Of a stretch of DNA of 64,000 nt, positions 53,569 to 64,000 are shown in pieces. Each line of letters opens with the position of its first letter. The first letter of the stretch is position 1. The notes under the pieces were generated by a model that was given only the letters and a program-made list of their open reading frames with translations, made no database searches and was not told the DNA's origin. The stretch lies in NCBI GenBank assembly GCA_000934665.2, contig KZ537984.1, positions 248,001-312,000 of the forward strand, read 5' to 3'. This DNA comes from Catajapyx aquilonaris. Its lineage: Eukaryota. Position numbers and translations under genes: made by a program.

Positions 53569-56500
53569 TGAATAAAATCGTGCATAAAATTGTATCTAAG
53601 ATAAAATGTGCAGAAATATTAGTTGCCTGTCGAGGATGAGGATATAGGCTACAGTATTTTGCAATGGCTTAATTCTGGAGATTGCAGAGTCATAGCAACT
53701 GATGGCACGTTTGCTGAGTCTAGGATAGGATTTAGGCCAGCATCCTCCTTCTCTCTAGCTCTATCTGAGTCTCTTATTTTATTCTCTCTCTCTCTCTCGT
53801 CTGTTGCGTATAGGATCGAAGGCTCCTCCGACACCATGCGCGCCTTGAATTTGCTTCCTGCCATTTATTGCAAGCAAACCCACCCTGGGGATTCCGGAGC
53901 TCAAGATTTCATTTAGCCTACTTAATCGCTGCAAAGAGGGACCATTGCACAGCTAGAGCACAACTGCTGCTGGGAGATGGGAGGAAGTATCCTCCGAGAC
54001 TCTGAGGGCCTATCTGCATTCACAATGCTCACTCCATTTAAGGTACTTCACTTGGGCGTGTCAATTGCTTTTGGTGCAGCCCTCGTTGCAGCCGGTTCCT
54101 AGCCCCCGCCCGGTTGCATCCAGCAGCAGCAGCAGCAGGAATTAAATCCGGATGATAGTGAACCGCGTCCTTCTATAGACGTCTGCAGGCCAAGAATTAG
54201 TTTCTTCAAAAGAGCTACATTTAGCAGCTTTTAACCCATCAATTTACTGTCCCCAACTTCTGTAACATGACATCCTCATCCGAAACACCGGATGACATTT
54301 TTTTCTGGTCGAACGAGATCCGACAGCAATTTGTTAGGAATGTGTCATTCCATGACCATGCAGGACTTTGAAAGCACTCACCGCTCACTCTTCAATGCGT
54401 CTCTCATTTTTTTGTACCAACCAGAGAAGATTGGTAATCAATTGTCGTCTCTTAGCAAGGTCGACTACTCACTGGGGAATGTGACCCTTCGCCAAAAAGG
54501 GGTCAGGCGCAAAGCGACTCGGTGAGCCATTGAAGGGAGCCGTGCTGCTGCGGGGACACAGACATGACATCTCTTTCACGCCCAGCACCTTTTCCAATTG
54601 AAAAGCAAATCTCCAGACAAAGGGACCCGAACCCCTCGTCGTCATTAGAGGGGGGGATAGTACAGAGGGACCAGCAGGAATGGTGTGCGGGACATGAACA
54701 CACGCACGGTCCTTGCAATTAGCTCCTTTTTAACCCAACAACATAATGGCATTTGCATGTGATTCATATCGAAAAGAGAGGAGGGGGAGGTGTCGAGTTC
54801 TCCCTCCGATGCCATAGATTGCCGACTAATGGAGATCAAGGCGGCAGATTGAATTCTGTTTCGGCGCTATTGAGATTGACGCTTGATTTTGTGCGTGATT
54901 ATTATTAATAATTCAGCGAGCGCCCTCAAAGCCGGGGCGACAATCACTCAAGTGGTGCTAAGGTGCTTGTTTAGTTAGTTATACACCTTATCTGCATTTC
55001 GACGCCGAGTGGAGGGGGGGATGTCCGACAATGCTATCATGCTGGAATAGGTTAATTTTTAATGGCATGTTGACGTTTCAACAAGTAAACATGCTAGAAA
55101 TGTCGTTTCCGACAGTGCCACGTCATGGTCTTAGAGGCGTGAATCTCGTAAATTTTAATAATTAAATAACCAGCGGATTTAGGTCACGGGGGGAAAATGT
55201 GTAATTCATTTACATGGACAAAGTTATTAATCTAATTACAAATGCAGTGCTAGCTAAAGCGACGTTTAATGCAGATAAAAAAATTACAATCAGATTTGGG
55301 TTGGAGAGTTTATTGTGGACTAATTCAGTCGTCAATTTATGTTCCGTTATATTATACTAATATTGCCCTCTAAAATTATTCATGAGTTACTCGTATATGT
55401 ATGGAAGATCTATATTACTATATAAAAGTCAAAGTCTTACGTACTCGCACGTTCGAATAACAAAATACGATCACATTTCACCAGTGAGAGAAAGCAGATG
55501 AGACTTATTTGGAGTTAAAAGGGCTTGTAAACGTTGGAGGGCGATATATGGGCAGATTAGTGCACTTAAATCGCGTTACATGTTCCATCCATTGCTCATC
55601 CGCTGAATCGTGGAAAAGAGAGCTGGGAGAGGGTTGGTAGAGAGAGGGGGGGGGTGGGAAAGGGTTTGTGGAAAAAGAGAGGGTTGGCCCCTTGCCCTTT
55701 CTGGTTCTCTCAGACAGAACACTGCGGTTCTCTTTCCTCTTTTTTTTCTCTCTCTCCATGTCCTATGACTACCCTTCCTCCTACCACCAACGTCATCTAC
55801 TCTTGCATGATATGTCGAGCAAGTGGGATTACGGGCTTAGGTGTAGAACTTTGTGCTTTGGCGCAACTGAGTGCTCTCCTGATGATGCCCTCTGGTTACA
55901 CTTCCTCGCGGATGCGTGGAAATGAGCGGGCTGTTAACGCTTGGTGCAACTGACCCACCTTGTTGCTACTGTTCATTTTGATGCCTCAAAAGAAGCGCTG
56001 TTATCACCTTGTGAGCAGCAGGTACAATGTAGCCTATAAAGAACAACACATTACACTTGTAGTAATTATATGGCTATCACATAGTCCATCGTTTGCTCTA
56101 TTCAGTTATGATATGATGACCTTGTCAGCTCTCGACGATTGTGTTTGCATTCCCTCCGTGAAACAAGATTTTCCGTGTAATATGTTGCATAGTATACCTT
56201 TTTAAATCATCGGCTCTATGGTTTGAGAGCAAACATCAGCATGTTTGCAAGTAAGTTAATATCACAATTCAGGATTCTGTGGTTTCTGTATGTGTACGGA
56301 ATTGCAGTTTAAATGGTCTCCCCACAATGTGTGCAAACTTTTGTAATAAAATAACACAAACCCTCGACTCCCATTTTGCGCATTTCCTATCCTCAACTTC
56401 ATCTAATAATATTATACCTGTACCAGTGTTGCAATGTTTGTTTTTCTCTCAGCCGGACAAACAATTTTTTCCCCATTATGTAACCAGAAAAAAAGGAGCA

Positions 56501-59308
56501 AGCAAATCGATCAACCCACGTGCCATCACATCATAGGGCCAGGTTTACCTATCGATTTCAGTCACTAGGTCACGGGCACCAATTTGACAAAAATTCCGCA
56601 TCACCTCAGGCTCTACTCGTCGGATCGAAAAGTTACAAAAAAAAAAAAAAAAGTTGCATGCAGGGGGTGCGGTCCACATTTTTTTCCTCTTCCTAGTGTG
56701 TGTATGGTTGGAGTGCAGTGAGTGAGGTTATAGGGTACATGGATGGTGGGCCATGGGTTTTGGGGGTGGCGGCACACTCAATGAGGCAGGGCGGAGTTAG
56801 TTGCGCAGAGTTGCCGGCAGGTGGTGGCTGGGCCAATCCCAACCGCTCTCCGACAGCGGCTTTCATTACCGTCCGGGCCATGTGAGGAGGCGGACGGGGA
56901 TAGAAGAAGGAAACAGAAAGACTCTTCAAAAAAAACAACAACATATATCCAAACTAGAGTGAACTGTGTCGCGGATACGATGAATTGATTGTGCGGGATA
57001 TATTCTGTACTGTGTACATTTTTTTTTTTGCCCTCCCCCAAAAATTTATAAGTGCGCGGTACTGTGTTACCCAACTCATGTGTTCCTGCTGGTGGTGTGG
57101 ACCTAACGCTGGATCGTCCTGACAATGTATGGAACCGTCGGTTTATTCCTGCTGGTAGGATTTGTGCAGACGTTTGCTGGACGGATTTTCGGTAAGTGCA
57201 CACTTCATCCGGGAAATTAACTGTTACAAACGCAACGGAAACGCATCCTGTGTTAAAAGGGCACCTGAAAGAATACATTTCTTATCCCGCGCCCCTTCCC
57301 GCCGGGGTAGGTTGTTGTGAAAGGTCAACATCCACTCCTGGAAACTTGCCCAAGGAGGCAAATATTAAACTAGGCTCGAGATAGGAGCGTTTGCTATATA
57401 CGCCCAAGTCTTCCGGTTACATCATTTTTTTGGCGAGTATGTGCGTGTTTGCATAAATCACGATCACCTGTTGCGGTACATTTGTAGTGACACTTTTTTG
57501 TGCCTTACTCCGCGGACCAATGTCAAAAGTTGAATTTTCGGTTTCGTGGGTGAAGGTGCGAAGTATTTAGTTTTTTCTTCTTCTTCTTCTTGGCAGGTGA
57601 GAAACAGCCTGGGCTGAAAACGTGTCCGCGTAAAATAATTTTCCCCGTGGCGGTGGAACGTGTTGTAAATGTGTAAATAAGAGATGTACACAACCACGTG
57701 CATCACACCTTGTTGTCTTCAACCATCATAATTATATATACGACTATTTTTGTCAAGTGCGTGTGGGCCGGATAATGCACCGGCTTTTGTCCAGTATGTG
57801 AGCAAAGGAAATTTACACCCCTTTAAAAAATCTTGCCCTAAACGAACGAACTTTTCTTCGCTCTCGAAAAGTACCTGGGTTTGTTGACCAGTCTGAGTTG
57901 GCTGAATCTGTGCCGAGATTTATTTAGGAAAAAGGGCGGCATTTGCAGTTTCGATCCAATCAGGCTATTTGCAGTGTGTTAAATTTTCGGATAGTGCAAA
58001 TCTTTCTGGGCGGGGAAAAATTAACATGTTTCTGGTCCGTGTCTGGCAAACAAAGGGGGCTTGTATTCTTGATACATCTCATATACATAAAGGACTGGCA
58101 TATGGCCCCCATCTTTTTTTAGTAGAATCGACTCGGGAAGCACGGGTCAATCTGGCACGAATTTTCCGTCCAAATGACCTCCCATAGGACAAGAAATTAT
58201 CCATGCCCCATGCCAGAATGATTCGCTTTTTTATGTATCCAATGTCTGATGCCTATATACCCCCGGAGCTAGGGCAATGGGGTGTAGAAAATGGGCAGTG
58301 GGAGGACAATGAGCAGGACTAATGTAGATGTTCGCATACTGGTTTGGTTCGAGGAACATTGCCTGCAGGATGGGCAAAAGTTCACCCTCTAAAAATTTGC
58401 AAAAAAATAAATAAAAAATTGGCGGCACAAAAGTCACACTTGATTGACCCCTTTCTGTGGTGACCCTGAGGGTGATGTGCTACTAGTTGAAGCGTAGAGC
58501 CGGAGAAGATTTTCGGGGATGATTTTCCTTCAGGTGGGGAAATTTATGGGAGTGTCGCGATTTCCACCTCCTCCTCCTCCTCTACCTACCCCTCCGTCTT
58601 TCGTTGGCGTTTTGTCGTTAATCATTTGGTCGGATTGGAGCTTCATATTGATCCGGGCACATTCCTACAGCCTCCGGGCTCGTGTGTTTGCGAAGCCTCG
58701 TACAAACTTCCCGGCTTTAAAAGGTAAGCGCTTTTTAGGATAATTGTGGTGTAAGCGCCAGAAAGTGTTTGCTTTTCTAGGGGGAGAAAATCTTCTTCAG
58801 AAAGAGCGGCGATTTTCCTTTGAAAAAATATATATAATATTTATGCTTCCGACCTTTGGACGAAACATGTGCGTGTACCGAGATTCGGTAATGAGGTCAT
58901 ATTTTAACCTACCTTTTTTTAGAGTCTGCAAAAAATTTGGTTTAGGTCTGGTAGGAAGCAGACAGTCTTGGAACAACATACGCTGATAATAGCAACTGTA
59001 AAACCCAAATTGCAGGCTGTAATTCCGGGAGGAAATAGCTCTGATAATGTCCGTCCGCCTACCTCGGCATTCTTCAGAATTACTTTTCACGCGCATTATC
59101 GCACATAAATCCATAACCACCGTAAGCCGCCGGCTGGCGTAAGGAATTTTGCACAACGGTAAATCAGCATTGGGCGGGGTTCCTGGCTAAAAACTTTGGG
59201 GGTAAAAATCCTAGGGCCAGTCGCGTGTTCAGGGAATGATTCGGCACGCACAAATGCGTCAGTCTCACGCAGATTATAAGGGGTGAGGCACCCAGATTAG
59301 CAGATATG

Positions 59309-59357
59309 TACAGGGTGTGTCATCATGTAGGAATCATATATTTTGGAACACCCTGTA
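59309..59357. mobile_element. Minimal (49-bp) internally deleted MITE of the TACAGGGTG family
   Basis: TACAGGGTGT (59309-59318) and its exact reverse complement ACACCCTGTA (59348-59357), 29 nt apart, TA at both ends. The right end TTTTGGAACACCCTGT resembles TTTTGAGACACCCTGT at 1487-1502. Confidence 0.6.
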
Positions 59358-62300
59358 GATGTAGCTGAGGTTTGTGGTCCTTTTTGGAGTAACTCGTGCT
59401 CATGAAGAGGAGGGGGTCTGTGAGGAGACAAAAGGAACCGGCCCAAAAGGAGCCTTGTGAGGAATGGAAAGTTCGGGGAGGGCTTAGTTGATTATGCACA
59501 TGTGGATAGACTTGATGAATGGATTCATTTTGCCTGTAATGCGAGGGGGCCTTGCTACGCTTCCATCCATCAAATGGGTCGTTCCATTCCTCATTCCAGG
59601 CTGCTGCTGCTTAACTAGATTGTCTCCATGTTCAGCATTTTTTTTAAAAAAAATATAAATATTCTGGGAAGGGGATGAAAACGGTGGATCAGATTTGGAC
59701 ACTCGATCGTGTCACCCCGACAGCTTATTCCGCGTATTAGAACCCTCAAATTTTCAATTTGGCGTCAGCTATCAGTCAGGTGGCGCAATTTGGATGGATT
59801 ACCGCCTCACACATCATGCAAAACAAATGTAAGGATTTAGTATTGATTTATTTGTGTGAGCTTTGCCAGGGGTTCAAACGGTTCCCAATTTTTTTTCCAC
59901 CCTCAATACAACTGGTCAATATTCATAATTCCATCGGCTTGAATCCTGGATGTTATTTTTTCCCCGGGCGTTCCAAACACACATGCATCAAAATTAATTG
60001 TCATTAGCATTGATTGGACGGCAGCGAAAACAATCATTTTGTGTATTTTGTGTGTGCGAATTTTGGCTTCATGATCCCCAAAATCCGTCGGCGCAGGGAT
60101 GAAGAGAGCAAAATGCGAACCATAAAGGGCCGGTTTTATCTGCCCGTATAAAATAGTGCAATTGCACGTGGTGAGAGGCTATCGGCTGATTAGAATGTAT
60201 CTGATTGGATGGGTTGGTATGGCGTGCTGATGGGCTTTAATTACACACCAATCTTGTCGATATAACCAGAAGTTTACGAAATCGCTAAGGAGTTATATAT
60301 GGTCAGCAAGTAATTGGTGGAGCTCATCTGATATGCCGGGCGATGTTTGCTAGTCGATTATTATAGAACCTGCTGGTAGAGTGTACACAGTGGAAATGGA
60401 ATTATGACCCCTCCAGGTACTGAAAATAATGGAAAGCTACATTCTGAAGAGAAGCGCTGGGAAAATCCACTTTTCGAGAGTTGAAGGTCGAAATTCGACG
60501 GGTTCAATAATGAAAACGCGGTGTGTGCGGCCCCGGAAAATTGCTTTTTAACTGCCGACCCGGACGTGTCTCTTTTTCCGGTCTATGTTTACCTTTTTTT
60601 ATGAGGCATGAAACTGAGAGCCCATATTATTGTCTGGCGACGACAAAAAAAATGTGAAATATTCAACTGTAAAAATAATTTTAAAAATATTAGAGGCTCT
60701 ATATAGCTGTCGGGTACTTTTGCAAAAAATATATATTTCAATGTTCAAATACTTGGAAATAATATTTGGCGCCAGCCTCCCGCAATGTATTAGCCAACTG
60801 CTGCACTGCACCTCAGGGCAGTTAAGTCAATAATGCACCCGATCAATATTTTGCACTTGCACACAAGCACATCTACGGACCCCCAGCATAAATACTTAAA
60901 AAGGCTAAAAACGCGATCATGGCGCGTATGAATTTTCCCGCGGTCACTTTTCTCGTTTATTATATACCTGGCGCACGTTATATTAAACTGGCGCACCTAA
61001 AAACTTTTACACGGCTCTTACTGGAAGTAACTATGTACTCACAGGGGAACATCAGAAGTAGTCGTTACACCTTAGGCTTAGCCCCATAAAGAAAAATTGA
61101 GGGCATCGGCGACATGAGCCATATCGTAAAAAAGAGACGAAAGGCTATTTGAGTGCAGTCCGATGGCTGCAGTAAAGCGGCGTTGGCAGTCACTGAAGCG
61201 GATGGTTTGTGGTACAATTGGACGCCTAATCTACGGTGCAACTCAACAAAAGATGCTGCTGGACACCTCCAAGGTTTTTCAAAAGAAAATTCTGAATTTG
61301 GAGAGTCTAGCCGAGGCCAGAAATCCTTAGTTTGAGCTTGTGATTTGAAATGTTTGACTAGTTGTCGCTCCGCCAGAAGCGTCGTCGCTGAGAGAGAACT
61401 GGCGACGCTTCCTCGACGTCTCTGCAACTATACGCCCCCGATGCTTTATGCATGAGAAGTCAATTGAGGAATACAGATCTACCAGGGATCTGGGCACCCG
61501 TGGGTTTCTATTATATATGAATTTCGCTGTTTCTAATTTGGTTCGTAATGTGCACTGGACATGGTGCAAAAATTGTCTACCTCAGATTTGCGTGCGGCTG
61601 AGATTGAATCGTGAGGGGTTTTCTATTGAGCAAGATGAGCTCTTCTTAGATTCTTCTTCAATATAGTTGCGGCAGAATCCCGCTTTGTATTTGGACCACG
61701 GAGCTGGGATAAAGCACCGAAGGCACGCATGCAGCCCTTGCATTGTTCGGCGAATTTTAATACGAGCTCCAGCCTTGCACAGTTAGAGTGTTTCTCCCAT
61801 TAGAGGCCCGTGATGTACGCTGAGTACGGGGCTTATTACCCTTCTGGCCAACTTATGGGAAGGGAATCACTTTGGAAAGTGCGAAAAGAGATTCTGCACT
61901 CTGATCTTTTTTTTCTCTGCGGAAAAAGGCTTTTTGCGAGCTGGAGCTCTCCAACATTACAATTGCGGAGGAATTTTCCGAGGGTTTCGATTCAAGCGTT
62001 TTCAGATATGCGGGAATGAATGCCTTTGATACTAAAGCTGGGGGGGAAAGCGATGTTAGTGATGGGGGGGGGGGAGGGAGAGAATAAATTGTTAAGGAAA
62101 TTACTGTGTGCATGGCCAAATTCGATCCCGATGCCACAGGATGATAAACTGCGAATATGATATGTCAATTTTTGGCAGTGACAGACCGACATGGTCGATC
62201 AAATTGTCTGGCTTCGGGAGTGCAATGCTGAACATTTTTGCCGCAACTAAATGCTGCAATTTTTAGGTCATACTGACTGTGTAAAAATGTAGCCAAATTT

Positions 62301-64000
62301 TTTCTGAACATGCTGTGTAAATAATATTTGTTTGTACTGTGTGTACCTGGATTTTTAGATCCGGTTTTTTTTATACGATCCCCTCCGAGCATGCATTTCA
62401 AGCTTACTCTTGACGTTACAAAAATCTCCTGGGCATCCAATAAAAAATAATGTGTAAGTCTGAGTCGTGACTGGCCCCATTCTTCTTTTTCGGCCCGACG
62501 CAGCAATTTGAGGACGAGTCAGAAGTAATTGGATTTATGGAAGCCCCCGTAAGTCTCCGCCGTTAGTATTTATCCATCCCGGAGTCCATAGGCGAGTAAA
62601 TCAACCCAATGCTGCCGCGGCAACTAATCCAATGAAAAGTTTGAATTAAAGTAAGACTCGATTAAAATGGCAATTAATTACAGTGCGGCTCTATATATAA
62701 TCTGGATCCCCCCAAAATGCGCCGTATTCTATTGACAGCCGTTCTTTTGGAAGGTGGCGAAGCGAGCAAAAATGAAAAAGAATGTCTTAAAATTTCCACT
62801 TCTTCGACTCGTTCTGAGGGGTAAAAAAAGAAAAGAATTTTCAGTGCTTCCTGGGTGGGTCGTATATTACAGCACAGGTGCGTTTAATGCTTAACCCAAA
62901 GAGGCCTGGGCTCCACAGGGACGTCCAATTCTGCTGGCGGTCAGAATCAGAAGCCCCCGTCTGATTCTAACTGGTTTAAGACCATAGTTAAATATTCATG
63001 CAGGGCGATAAAAATTGAGGATCGAATATTTTTCATCCCAAAAGCGGGCGGACTTAAAAATAAAGTGTTCATCCGTATGATTATGGCTGCACAAAAAAGC
63101 GAAGGCGACATAACGTTATACGGTACCTATTTTTTCAGGTCCTTTTCCCCATTATTCGTTTTTTTTTGCATATTTGCGATGAAAGTAACGAAATAAATGA
63201 TAGGAAGTTGTATGTCATTTCCATGCTCATTTCCGATGTAGCAAAGTTGGGGCCGATCTGCGCTCACATTCTTTTCCTTGGCCTGGTGCCTCGTAATCCC
63301 CGAGCGGAGATCATAACTCGGCCCAGAAGCGAGGGGGGAATTGCAGATGTCCTCTTTCTTTTTTCTTTTTTCTTTTGGGGCCTCTTTCTCCTCGTGAGAT
63401 GTCCGCTCCTGAGAAAGCTGATGGTAAAGAGTTAGGTTTCATTGCGCAGGTGGCTGGAATCGGCCGCTTATACATTCCGAGGCGCTAACCTGCAGGCGGG
63501 TTTCGGGGAATTTTTCTATACGAAATGTCGACTATCGAAAACGTAAATCAACCAAGGGTGATCGTTAACAAGTTTTTGTCTCGAAGCGAGCGTGTGTATT
63601 CGTGACTGCTGAACCGTATTGTGTTACAAAGTTATGGGAGAAATTTCTAGTATAGTGGCGTAACTGTTATTCGCCTTTTCTATCGGCGATTAATACCCAT
63701 GGATATTAGTTTCAGCAATAAATCGAAAAAGTTACACACAAAAAACGGAAGCAAATATATGACAATTTGGACACCAATACCAATACTGGAAAAGGGCTTA
63801 GAATATGCACAGAGTGACTAATCGTTTTATGAGCATGAGTAATAGGCTATAAGTCATGGGTACAGTTACAGAATTTCTCAAGCTGTGTGTACAGTGCAAA
63901 TAATATCCCGTTATTATCTGGCAATGCGATAAAGTAGGCTGAGTAATTTAATCACAAGGCTTGTGGTTAGCCTGAAGATAGGTCAGAAAGGATGTTTTAC

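Noticed and set aside
59349..59365. ACCCTGTAGAT, matching the 5' half of miR-10
   Set aside because: The match stops after 11 nt (GTAGCTG follows instead of CCGAATTTGT) and is explained by the MITE right terminus.

Overview
This 64-kb window reads as non-coding eukaryotic DNA, most likely a large intron or intergenic region of an invertebrate animal. That call is an inference from intermediate GC, plentiful CpG, microsatellites, poly-G/poly-C tracts, many TAAT-type words and TA-flanked Tc1/mariner-type MITE ends. None of the six-frame ORFs (all under 200 aa, scattered over all frames) resembles a protein family I recognise. I see no operon structure, rRNA, tRNA or CRISPR array, and a by-eye check (mainly of the + strand) found no conserved mature miRNA. 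Supported content: (1) a dispersed family of short non-autonomous DNA-transposon copies with TA-CAGGGTG...CACCCTG-TA ends, best at 51776-52143, with a 49-bp minimal copy at 59309-59357; (2) a 74-nt hairpin of pre-miRNA geometry at 3043-3116 inside one decayed copy; (3) a composite hairpin-CTAG / A-skewed tract / 28-bp minisatellite at about 52893-53568; (4) simple and short tandem repeats; (5) an N-joined ~220-bp duplication that is probably an assembly artefact; (6) one speculative 150-nt minus-strand exon. I do not find convincing evidence of a new biological system. All alignments were done by eye.
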